NCBI GenBank assembly: GCA_965240325.2
Contig: OZ251233.1
Location: 248,001 to 312,000, forward strand
Length of the DNA stretch: 64,000 nt
Reading direction: 5' to 3'
Origin: Rebecca billardiae RCC1528
Lineage: Eukaryota; Protista; Haptophyta
The notes below the pieces were generated by a model. The model ran no database searches, was not told where the DNA came from, and saw nothing but the letters and a program-made list of their open reading frames with translations. The stretch's first letter is position 1. The number at the start of each line of letters is the position of its first letter. A program made the translations under genes and the position numbers. Of the stretch, positions 11,539 through 22,700 are shown in pieces.

Positions 11539-14500
11539 ATGCGCGCCGCCGCCGCGTTTTTGCTCGCGCTCGCCGCGGCGTGCGGCTCGGGCGTGGGCGC
11601 GCGCGCGCGCGTGGCGCATGCGCGCCCGACCGCCCCGGCGCACGCCACGGCGTCGCGCACTCGCATGGTCGGCGTGGGCGGTCCGCCGCCGCGCGTGCTC
11701 TCGCGGCCGGTGGTGCCGCTCGCACGGCCGCGCACGACGGTGCCGCAGGTGCGCGACGACGGCGAGGTGGAGGACGCGGCGATCGAGGTGGAGAGCTCGG
11801 GCGTCGCGCCCCTCCTCGCCCTCCTCTTCGTCTTCTCCGCCGGGATGCAGGCCATCCCGCCGCTCGCGGTCGCGTGGGTGACGACGCTCTCCCTCACGGG
11901 CGTCGACCCGCTGTCGCTGTCGAGCGCGGGGCTCGAGCCCGCGCAGCTGTGGCTGTACGCGGAGGCGCTCTTCTCGGGTTACTCCGCGTACATCCTCGCC
12001 GGCGTCGGCGCGCCGCGCACCGCGGGGCCCTCGACGCCGAGCGAGCGCCGCGGGCCGGAGCTGAGCGCGGCGCAGCGGCAGCAGCTGTGGTGGCGCTGTC
12101 TGAACGACCCGACGCTGCCGGCGGAGCGGATGACGGTGACGTGGACGCGGCCGGAGGGCGGCCTGCTCTCCAACGTGCGGCGCGGCGAGGTCGAGGAGTG
12201 GGTCTGCTGGGGCCTCTTCGGCCGCGAGCTGCCGGAGCTCACAGCCCCCGAGGCGGACGAGCTGGCTCGGTACGTGGGACAGCTCGAGGCCAAGCTGGGC
12301 GGGCCGCTGCCCAAGGGGCGCTCGGCGGGCGCGCGGCCGATGCGCACGACGGTCGAGCCGCTCAACGCGATCCCGCGCCCGCTCGTCGCGTACGCCCTCA
12401 CCGACTGGCTCGTCGGCCACCTCCTCACGCCGCTCGCGCTGCGGCTCGCGTGCGACTTTGGGCAGGTGGGCGCGCGGACGCGCGCGCGCGCACGGACGGA
12501 TGCGCACAGCCGCGCGGCGCCGGCGGCGCGCGGCGCGAGCGGCCGCGGGGCCGAGGGCGAGGCGGGGCAGCGGGGCGACGGAGGGCAGCGTGCGCGGGGG
12601 GCGGCGTGCGTGTGCGCGCGCCTGGCGCTGGTCGTGTGTGCGGCGTCCGTCGCCCTGCGGCTGAGCCCGCCCGCCCGCGCCCCGCGCGCCGCGCCGCGCG
12701 CCGCGCCGCGCGCCGCGCCGCGCGCCGCGCCGCGCCGCCCCGCAGCCGAGGCGCGCGCACAAGTACCGCTACTACTACGCGGAGCCGATCGCGCGGCCCG
12801 CGCCGGTCGCGGAGAGCGCGGCGGCGACGGCCGAGCTGGAGGGCGGCGCGCAGCTCGGGGCGGGACGCGCCGAGCTCGCGCGCCGCTCGTCGGCGCCGGC
12901 GCTGGACGGCGCGCGCGAGGCCGAGGAGGCCGAGGGTGCAGTCGGAGTGGTGGTGGGCACGCGCGCCGCGCCGGCCGGCGGCGGGGCGGCGGGGCAGCGC
13001 GCGGCCGCGGCCGCGCCGCGCGTCTCCGCCTTCGAGCCCGCGGCGCCAGCCGGCGGCGCCGCGCGTGCGCGTGCGGAGCCCATCGTCTTCGTGCACGGCG
13101 TGGGCATCGGCCCCATCTCCTACTTGCAGTTCATCCGCGAGCTGCAGGCGCTCGGCAGGCCGGTGCTCGTGGTCGAGCTGCCCTTCGTCTCGCAGCGCAT
13201 CGAGCCGCGCACGGCGTGCGAGGAGGAGTGGGTGGAGTCGGTGCGCGCGATGCTGGCGGCGCACGGGTACGAGTCCGCCACGTTTGTCGGCCACTCGCTC
13301 GGCTCGGCCTTCATGGGCTACCTCGTGCGCAACGCGCCCGAGCTGCTCGGAGGCGCGGTCTTCATCGACCCGGTGCGCTGCGCGCGCGAGCGCTCGCGCG
13401 CGCGCGCGCACGCGCACGCGCAGCGCACGCGCACGGGGCTGTGCGCGCGGCACACACCGCGCACGCACGCACACGCGCTGACGCGCCCGCCCCCGTGCCC
13501 CCGCGCCCCCGTGCCCCCCTCCGCCCGCAGGTGTGCTTCCTGATGCACCACTCGCAGATCACGGCCGAGATGGTGTTCAGGCGCGCGGCCACGCCGCTGC
13601 AGTACGTCGAGGACTTCCTCGTGCGGGGCGAGCTCTTCACCTCGCTCTACCTGCAGCGCTCCATGTGTACGCGCACGCGCGCACGCGCGCACGCGCGCAC
13701 GCGCGCGCGGGAGGGAGGGCGGGCGCGCGGCTGGGAGCGCGAGGGCGGCGCGAGGGCGGCGCGAGGGCGGCGCGAGGGCGGAGTGCGCGCTCGAGTCTGC
13801 CGCGCCGCGGCTGAGCGCTCGCGCCGCGCTGCCGCGCCGCCGCGCGCGCGCACACCGCGCGCGCAGGGTGGTACCGCGCCAACCTGTGGCTGCAGGACCT
13901 GCCCGCCGGACTCCCCACCACCGTCGTGATCTCGACCGCCGACTCGATCGTGCCCGCGTCCGCGCTGCAGCAGTACCTGGGCACCCGGGACGCGCGCGCC
14001 CGCGTGCAGACCATTTGCCTGCCGGACGCGGCGCACGGTGCGCGCACCCCGGCGCGCGCGGCCGCGGGGCGCGCCGCCCGTGGCGGCCCGCGCGGCCGCG
14101 CGCCCGCGCCGCCGCGCGCCGCCCGCGCCGCGCTCACCTGCCGGCGCGACCCGCGCCGCCGCCCGCGCCGCAGGCGGCTTCTTGCTCGACGCGACGGCGC
14201 GCGCGCGCATCGTCGCGGCGGTGGGCGCGGCGACGCGCTCCGAGGCCGAGGAGGCGCGCTGGCGCGAGGGGCTGGCGCGCACGCTGAGCACCGTCAACGC
14301 GGCCGCGAGCGCGCCGCTCGAGGCGGCGATGAGCCCGCTCTCCGAGCTGCAGCAGTCGCTCAGCGCCGAGCTCGGCCGGCTCGGCGTCGAGCTGACCGCC
14401 GCGACGCGCACGCTGCGCCGCGCCGTGCCGGCGGGCGACGGCGCGGACGACGAGCTGCGCGCGGCGATGGCCGTGGTCAACACGGCCGGGCTGGGCGGCG

Positions 14501-15696
14501 AGCGCGTCTCCGAGCTGGCGCGGCAGCTCGAGCAGGCGCAGCTGAGCGTCGCCGCCGCGGCCGAGGCGGCGGGCGCGGCGCTCGGCGCGGCGGCGGACGG
14601 CACGGCCGACGCCGCGAGCGACGCCGCGTCCGCCGCGCTCAGCGCCGCCGCCGCCGCCGTCGACGCGGAGGTGTCGGCGCAGCTGGACGTGAGCGGCGCG
14701 CTCTCGGACGTGCAGGGCCGCGTGGTGACCGCGGCGCGCGAGCTCGCGCACGCGCTGCGCGTGCGCGGCGCGGCGGGCGCGGACGCCGGCGGCGCGGACG
14801 CCGACGGCTCGGGCGGCGGCGGCGGCGGCGCGCGCGCCAACGCGACGCAGTGGCTGCTGCCGCTCGCCCAGGTCTGGGTGCACGCCGAGCGCGTGCGCAT
14901 CGCCGGCGCCGAGCTGCAGCGCGCGGTGGACGCGCTCGCGCTGCTGCGCGTGCAGACGATCCTCACCGAGGACGAGCGCGCGCGCGCCGCCGACGGCGCG
15001 GCGCGCGCGCCCGGCGCGCGCCGCCGGCGCACGCTCTCCGACCTGGGCGCGCCGCCGGCGCACGCGGGCGGCGCGTTCCGAGCCACGGGGCTGTGGGACG
15101 CCGGGCTCGGCCCGCTCAAGCGCGCGCTGGGCGCGGTGTTCGCGGGCGGCCAGCTCTCGCCCGTGCCGAGCGCGCGCGACGTCGACGCCGCCGCCTCGCG
15201 CCGGCAGCAGCTCGTCGAGCGCTTCGTGCAGGAGGTCTCCAACGCGACCGGGCTGCGCGCGGCGGGCTCGGCCGGCTGGGCGCGCCTCGGCGCCAGCCTC
15301 AACAACGTGAGCGCGCTCGGCGCCGCGGCGACGGCCGCCATCGAAGCGGCGACGGCCGCGGAGGTGGCGCCGCCGCCGCCGACGCGCGCGTCTCGCGGCG
15401 CGCGCGTGCCGCCTGGCGGCAGGCACGGCGCCGACGTGGGCGACGCATCGACCGGCGGCGCGGCACTCGCGGCACGGTGGCTCGGCCGCGGGCACGCCCC
15501 GGCGGCGCATGCTCCGGCGCGGCGCGGCGCAGAGAACGCGCAGGCGCCCTCGAAGGCCAAGCGACCGCCGCGCGGCGCCGGCGCCTCCGAGTCCGCCGCC
15601 GTCGCCGCGGGCGGCGCGCTATCCGAGCTCGTCGCGCGCGCGCGCCAAGCGGTCGGCGCGTCCGAGGAAGCGGCAGACGCTGACGAGCAGCGGTAG
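11539..15696 (+). CDS. Alpha/beta hydrolase with N-terminal signal(+transit) peptide and Ala-rich C-terminal extension. Exons 11539-12465, 12746-13372, 13531-13666, 13867-14037, 14174-15696 (~1127 aa).
   Basis: PIVFVHGVGIG oxyanion motif, GHSLG nucleophile elbow, FIDPVCF, DSIVP acid and AHGG histidine. Four GT-AG introns join these in frame. Confidence 0.8.
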
Positions 15697-16729
15697 CCGC
15701 CGCGGCTACGTGTGGACACTACTCGTGTCGATCGTGAACGCTGCGACGCCGGGACTGAGACACGAGACTTCTCGCGCTGCGGAGTCCGCAACTCAACAAC
15801 AAATGGTGGTCCGATTACAGTCGTCACTAAATGGGCCGCCATCACGGACCGTCAGGGGTTCCGCCAACTCGGCAGCCCTCCGCCTCCGGCCGGTATCACC
15901 GACATGGGTTCTCGTCATCAGACCGATAAATACTGCGGGTCCGAAGAGCCCCCCACAACCTGCCACAACACCCGTGTGGATTCCCGTGAGGTACGCTGAT
16001 ATTTCTATTTCTCTCATATGCAGCGTGATCAGCCAAGTGACGAAGCCACGAAGGCCGGTCCGATATTCAAACAAGGTGAGTGCTCATATGAATTGCGGTA
16101 CCGTCTCGAGTGTTTGCGGGTAGGACTTTGATGACGGTTGTAGGTACCGCTTGAACTTGAGATGACGTTGCGGTACCTGCCCCAAAATTTGATGCTGATA
16201 TGTGTTTAGCTCGGGTGCGCCGTTTCAGGCCGGCGTGAATTCCCTCGGTCCGCAATTCGGCCAATGTGTGCTCGCAGGCGAACTGGGCAACCCGCGGCAC
16301 GGGAGTAGATTTATGACTTTCCGACGTTTCGGTGGTATCTCGGCGTTTTTTCACACCTCCTGACGCTCTTACCTAATGACCATTCAATGCATTCTGATCA
16401 CCAATTTACCACTCGCACCGTCGGCGGAATCATACTCGTCTAAGGGAGCCAAAAAAATTGGAATCCATTTCATGTATCACGACGAAATTTCACCCGCCTT
16501 CGTTTCTAAGTACGCCCCGTGAGTCATCGGAGCTGTAGAATGACATTGATTAAAAGTACCGCCTCAATCATGCCCTCATTAATGGTCATTTGACCCAAGT
16601 CCGCATGCGTTTAGGCGAGTGGGCACGCGCGCTGGGGTCTTCGCCCTGATTTCTCGCGGTCAGCAGCGCACTCTCCGCCGAAGGGGAACCCCGCCCGCCT
16701 GCGTGAGTGGACCCCGCCGAGCCCCCGCG

Positions 16730-17998
16730 ATGCTCGCCTGCCTGGCGGGCACCGAGCACCTCCGCCTCGTGCTGGACAGGCTCGAGGAGGACGACGCGCT
16801 CTGCGCAGCCCTCTGCTGCACCTCGATGCGTGACGCTGTGCGCGCACGATTCCCCAATGGCATCCGCACGCGCGTTGACTCCGCATGCCTCCGCCCGGAG
16901 CGCACGGCGTGGGCCGCGGGGCTCGGCGACGGGCACGCGCCCCCGATCGCGGGCTTGTTCGCGACGGCGGCGCGCCACAACCGACGATCCGCCATGCGCG
17001 AGCTGAGCAAGCTCGGCTTCGAACCTGACAGCCTCGCGCTGAGCGAGGCGGCGCGGCACGGCTCGCTCGCGTCGGTCGAGTGGCTCCTGTTGCAGGCCGG
17101 GCTGACGCCGGGCCCGCGCGATGTGGAGGCGGCGGTGGAGGGCGGGCAGACGCGCATCATCGACCGCTTCCTCGCGATCCACGGCGTCTGCTGGGACGCC
17201 GACGCGTACGTTGCCGCGGTGCGCCGGGGCGACCTCGACTGCCTCAGGCTGCTGATGGACGCGGACGACAACGACGAGCTGTGCGCCGGCTACGGCGGCA
17301 TGGCGCTGGCACCGGACAAGCCGGCCGAGCAGCCGTCGGAGGCGGTGGAGGAGCACGCGCAGCCGCACACGCCGGCGCCCGCTGCCCGCGAGCCGCACGC
17401 TCTCCCGCCTCACGCACCGCGCGGCCTGACGCACAGACTCCCGAGCCAGGCGCACGATGCGCCCGCCGCTGCGGCCGCGGTGGCGACGCCGCACCCGAAC
17501 CTCTCGGACGTGCTGCTCGGCCCCATCAGCAGCTTCGTCAGGGCCCGCAGGCGCCGCACGCCGGCCCCCACACCGCCGCCGCCAACGGGGCAGCCTGCCC
17601 CGGCGCGGTCTCAGCAGCAGCCCATCGCACACCCGCCGCCCGTGACAGCCGCACCGCCACCCGCCGCCCAGGCCGCGCCGGCTGACGGTCCGAACGTTGG
17701 GCAGCAAGCGCGTGCGCAGCCAGCGCCGCAGCCGCTCGCTCAAAGGCGACGGTGGGACGAGCGCGCGGCCGAAGCCGCGGCGGCGGAGGGGCACATCGAG
17801 GTGCTCCACACCCTGCTCGTCTGCGGCGCGCCGTGCACATGGCGCGCGATGCGAGCTGCGGCGCGCAACGGGGACGTGCGGACGATCGACCTGCTCGCGC
17901 AGCGGGGCTGCGAGTGGCGCGCACATGCCACCGAAATTGCGGACGCAGCCGGTGACCACGCTGACGTTCTGCGCTGGTTGGAGATGCATCAACACTAA
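16730..17998 (+). CDS. Ankyrin-repeat protein with F-box-like N-terminus and Pro-rich insert
   Basis: Repeats AARHGSLASVEWLL, AVEGGQTRII, AVRRGDLDCLRLL, AAAEGHIEVLHTL, AARNGDVRTIDLL..GCEW, AAGDHADVLRWL. Confidence 0.8.
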   Translation: MLACLAGTEHLRLVLDRLEEDDALCAALCCTSMRDAVRARFPNGIRTRVDSACLRPERTAWAAGLGDGHAPPIAGLFATAARHNRRSAMRELSKLGFEPDSLALSEAARHGSLASVEWLLLQAGLTPGPRDVEAAVEGGQTRIIDRFLAIHGVCWDADAYVAAVRRGDLDCLRLLMDADDNDELCAGYGGMALAPDKPAEQPSEAVEEHAQPHTPAPAAREPHALPPHAPRGLTHRLPSQAHDAPAAAAAVATPHPNLSDVLLGPISSFVRARRRRTPAPTPPPPTGQPAPARSQQQPIAHPPPVTAAPPPAAQAAPADGPNVGQQARAQPAPQPLAQRRRWDERAAEAAAAEGHIEVLHTLLVCGAPCTWRAMRAAARNGDVRTIDLLAQRGCEWRAHATEIADAAGDHADVLRWLEMHQH

Positions 17999-18591
17999 CA
18001 GTGACAGCAGCCGGTGCGCGCCTCATGTCGTCGTCGCCGCGAGTTCGGAGTTTCGCCCGCGCCCGTCTGCGCGGGCCTGCGCGCGCCCGCGGGGCGGCTC
18101 ACTCCCTTGGCGGGCTTGGGGGCCTTCGGCCTCGGGGCGGCTGTAATGCCGATTGAGAGTGCACCAAGACCTGATGTGCACAATCGATCTATATACATAT
18201 AGCAGATATATGTGCATAGCAATGCGCCGTTGGCTCCGGCTGCGCTGATGACATCTGAGAGTTACGGCGACGAGACGCCCTGGCAGCAGTGGGCCTGAGT
18301 GAGCGTATAACAGTCTGCCACCCGTAGTATGCACGCCGCCGAGAGCCGAGTGCGGCGAGTGCTGCTCGACAGACGAGCTGCTCGTGCGCGCACAGCAGCA
18401 GTGCCAGGCTACTACTACGGACAACGGCCACTGGCGCGGAGGCGGCGTGATCCGCCATGCCCACAACGCGAGCCGCTCGAGCAGAGCCGCCCTGCCGCGC
18501 GTCCAGCCGCCGCCGCCTGCCTGGTCACCGTGCGCACCGCCGGCGCGCGCGCGCCGCCGCGGCCCAGTCGGCCGCGGGGCGCGGGCGCTCA

Positions 18592-19431
18592 CTATGTGCG
18601 CCGGCGGCCGCGGGCCGCTCTCAGCCGCGCCTCCTCCTCGCACGCTGGTTGGCGCACGGCCGAGGCCTTCTCGCGCATCTGCGCGCGCGACGCCTCGTCC
18701 CCCGCCGCGTGCGCCGCCGTCTCGTGCATCCGCTGCGCGTGCTGCCGCTCCGCCGCGCACTGCTTGGCCAGCCGGCTCGCCGCGTCCGCCTCGACCGCCT
18801 CCTCGATCCGGCGGAGCGCGACGCGCGACGACGCGTACTCGAGGTCGAAGGTCTCGGGCACGAAGTAGCGCACGCCGAGGGACTCGGTCTCGCGCTCGAT
18901 GGCGTAGGCGCCCGTCGCGGAGAGCTCGTACGGCGCCGTCTCCAGCTCGATCGACGAGAGCAGCGAGAGGCCGAAGAGGATCAGCAGCGGCAGCAGCTGC
19001 ACGAGCGCAAAACCGCCCGCCTCCGCGCGCGCCTGCGGCGCGCGCTGCCGCGCGGAGCCCGGGTGCGCGTAGGTGTAGTGCCGGCGGTACTGCCGAGCGC
19101 CCGGCGGGATGCCGAAGAACATGTTGAACACGTCCTCCGGCGTCAGGTCGTCGGGGTGCATGCCTCCTTGCGCGCCGCCGCCTCCGCCGCCGCCGCCGCG
19201 CCGCGCGCTCATGTCGTCGTCGCCGTACCGGTCGTAGTGCGCGCGCTTGTCGGGGTCGGAGAGGCAGGTGAAGGCGACGGAGATCTCCTTGAACTTGCGC
19301 TCCGCCTCGTCCTTGTTCGTCGGGTTCTTGTCCGGGTGCCACTTGAGCGCCGCCTTCTTGTACGCCTTCTTGATCTCCTCGTCAGACGCGGCGCGCTCGA
19401 CGCCGAGGATGGCGTAGTAGTCGCGCGGCAT
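18592..19431 (-). CDS. J-domain protein, DNAJB12/14/C18-like (J domain + TM + DUF1977-like), single exon
   Basis: RDYYAILGV...ALKWHPDKN...[48 protein letters not shown], and two C-terminal cysteines. Confidence 0.92.
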   Translation of the reverse strand: MPRDYYAILGVERAASDEEIKKAYKKAALKWHPDKNPTNKDEAERKFKEISVAFTCLSDPDKRAHYDRYGDDDMSARRGGGGGGGGAQGGMHPDDLTPEDVFNMFFGIPPGARQYRRHYTYAHPGSARQRAPQARAEAGGFALVQLLPLLILFGLSLLSSIELETAPYELSATGAYAIERETESLGVRYFVPETFDLEYASSRVALRRIEEAVEADAASRLAKQCAAERQHAQRMHETAAHAAGDEASRAQMREKASAVRQPACEEEARLRAARGRRRT

Positions 19432-19714
19432 GGCGGCCGAGCGGCGGCGGCTCGGGTCGCGCGCGCGCGCGCGCTATAGGCGCGGAGCTCACGCCGGAGG
19501 GGTGGCAGGCTGCACGCGGTGCACGCGCGCCCGAGGCTGGTGCGCCGGCGCCCACAAGTGCCGCCGCCCGGTGGGGACGATGACGGTGCCGCGATCCAAC
19601 CGGACTTTCTAAGCCGGACTCTCCTGACCAGTCGGCAGCCATTGTACCGGTTTGCTGTGGAGGGCCTGCGAGCAGCACCGTTAGAGTGGGCGCGCTCGGC
19701 CCCGGCGGGGGACC
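19432..19714. promoter_or_regulatory. Short divergent intergenic region, likely a bidirectional promoter for the J-protein and IFT122 genes
   Basis: The head-to-head start codons are separated by 283 bp. Confidence 0.5.
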
Positions 19715-22700
19715 ATGCGCACGATCGTCGCGTGGACAGACCGCGCGGTGCGTCGCGTGGCGCGGCGCGGCGCGCGCATCAGCACGTCCCCTCGCGCACG
19801 CCCGCTGCTCGCCGCCCGCCATCCCGTCGGCGCTGCGGCGCGCGGCCGGCGGAGCGCGCGAGCGCGGCCGTGGTCAGAGCGTGCGCTCGGCTCACGCGTG
19901 CGGAGCGCCGGACGGCCCGCGGTGCACGCGCGCGCGCCTGCGCAGCCCGAGCGCGACGGCATCAAGAACATCGTCTATGACATCGCCTTCCGCCCTGGTG
20001 CGCGCACCGCCGGCGACGCGGCGTCGGCGCGCGCGGGGGCACGCGCTGGCGTCGGCCGGTCTGATGGCGGCGCTCCGGCTGCGTCTCGCGCGCCCCGCCC
20101 CGGTCTCGCGCAGACGGCACGCAGCTGATCGCCGCGGTGGGCCACCGCGTGCTCGTGTACGACGCCGCGGACGGCGACCTGCTGCACTCGCTCAAGGGGC
20201 ACAAGGACACCGTGTACTGCGTGACGTACTCGCGCGACGGCAAGCGCTTTGCGAGCGGCGGCGCCGACAAGCAGGTGATCATCTGGACGGCGAAGGCGGA
20301 GGGCATCCTCAAGTACGCGCACACCGAGTCGATCCAGTGCCTCGCGTACAACCCGATGACGCACCAGCTCGCCTCCGCCTCCTCCTCCGACTTCGGCCTC
20401 TGGTCGGCCGAGGCCAAGTCGGTGCCGAAGCACAAGCTGCCGACGCGCGCGCTCTGCTGCTCGTGGACCAACGACGGGCAGCACCTCGCGCTCGGGCTCT
20501 TCTCGGGCGTGGTCACGATCCGCGACCGGAACAAGCCGGAGGTGGAGAAGGGTGCGCGCCCGCGCGCGCGCGCGCGCCTGCCGCCGCCGCACGCATGCGC
20601 GCCATCCGCCCGCGCGGCGCGGCGCGCGCCCGAGCGCCGCCCGGCCAGCCTGCGCTGATCCGCGCGCGCGCGCGCGGCCGGCCGCGCGCGCGCCGCGCGC
20701 GCCGCAGTGCGCATCGACCGCTCGTCGCCCGTGTGGACGCTGGCGTGGAACCCGTCGCGCGACGAGTCCTTCGACGTGCTCGCCGTCGGCTGCTGGGACC
20801 AGACCCTCTCCTTCTACCAGCTGAGCGGCAAGCAGATCGGCCGAGATCGCGATCTCGGCGCCGACCCGTGCTGCGTCTCCTACTTTGGCAACGGCGAGTA
20901 CCTCTGCGTCGGTGCGTGGCGCGCGCGCGCGGAACGCGGTGCGCGGCGGGCGCGAACGAGAGCGCGCGCGCACCGCCGTACTCACGCCCGCATCCGCCGC
21001 CGCGCCGCCGGGCGCGCGCGCCTCCGCGCCGCGCCGCGCTCGCCCGCGCGCCCGCGCGCCGCGCGCGCGCGCAGGCGGCTCCGACCGCGGCGCCTCGCTG
21101 TGGACGAAGGAGGGCGTGCGACTGGCGCCGATCGGCGAGCGCGCGGACTGGGTGTGGTCGTGCAAGCCCCGGCCGCGGCACAACTTCGTCGCGGTGGGCT
21201 GCCACGACGGCTCGATCACCATGTACCAGCTGCAGTTCAACACGGTGCACGGGCTGTACCAGGACCGGTACGCGTACCGCGACTACATGACGGACGTGAT
21301 CGTGCAGCACCTGATGACCGACGAGAAGGTGCGGATCAAGTGCCGCGACTACGTGAAGAAGATCGCGGTGTACCGCGACCGGCTCGCCGTCCAGCTCCCC
21401 GAGCGCATCCTCATCTACGAGCTCGCGCACGCCGAGGACTCGTCGGACATGTCGTACCGTCCGCGCGAGCGCATCAACAAGGCGCTCGAGTGCAACCTGC
21501 TGGTGGTCACGTCCGCGCACGTCACGCTGTGCCACGAGAAGAAGCTGCAGCTGCTCGACTACAAGGGCACGCTGGTGCGCGAGTGGGTGCTCGAGGCGAC
21601 CATCCGGTACATCAAGGTGATCGGCGGCGAGCGCGAGCGCGAGGGCCTGCTCGTCGGCCTCGAGTCCGGCGCGGTGGTGAAGATCTTTGTGGACAACCCG
21701 TTTCCCATCAACCTGATCAGCCAGCCGAGCGCGGTGCGCTGCCTCGACCTCTCGCCCACGCGGCAGCGGCTCGCGGTGGTGGACGAGAACGCGACGGTGA
21801 GCGTGTACGACCTCACCACCGGCCAGCTCGAGTTCCAGGTGCGCGCCCGCACCCGCGCCCGCCGCCCGCGCCCGCCGCCGCGCTGGCGCTCGCCGCGCTC
21901 GTGGCGCCGCGCCCGCGCCTCACCGCACCCGCCGCTGCTGCCGCTGCCGCCGCCGCTGCCGCTGCGCCGCCGCCGCTGCTGCCGCGCGCGACCGCGACCG
22001 CCACCGCGCGCGCGCAGGAGGCGAACGCGAACAGCGTGGCGTGGAACACGGAGCTCGACGACATGCTCTGCTTCTCGGGCAACGGCACGCTGTCCATCAA
22101 GGTGCCCGCGCCCGCGCGCGCGCCAGCCACGCCACGCAAACGCGCCCGCGCGCCCGCGCGCCCGCGCGGCCGCGCGGCCGCACGGCGAGCGCGCGCGCGC
22201 CCGACGGCCCGGGGCGGCCCGCCTCCGCGCGCTCAGCTTGCGGCTCGGCGCGCGCGCCCCGCCGCCCCTTGCGCGCCGCGCAGACGGGCACGTTCCCGCT
22301 GCACGTGCAGAAGCTGCAGGGCTTCGTCGTCGGGTTCAAGGGGTCGCGCATCTTCTGCCTGCACTACGTCGAGATGAAGACGCTGGACGTGCCGCAGAGC
22401 GCCTCGCTCTACCAGTACCTCGAGCAGCGCGACTTCAAGGCGGCGTACAAGGTGGCGTGCCTCGGCGTGACCGAGGCGGACTGGCGCGAGCTCGGCATCG
22501 CCGCGCTCAAGGCCCTCGACTTCACCGTCGCGCGCCAGGCCTTCACGCGCGTGCAGGACATGCGGTACCTAACGCTCGTGCGCAGCATCGAGGCGCAGCG
22601 CAAGGCGCCCGGCCACGACGACAACCTGCTGGTGGCGGAGGTGCTGGCGTACCAGGGGCGGTACCCCGAGGCGGCGCGGCTCTTCGCCAAGGTGGGCCAC

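Noticed and set aside
16730-17998. Giant-virus origin of the ankyrin gene
   Set aside because: This ankyrin type is widespread in algae, and no other NCLDV hallmark lies nearby.
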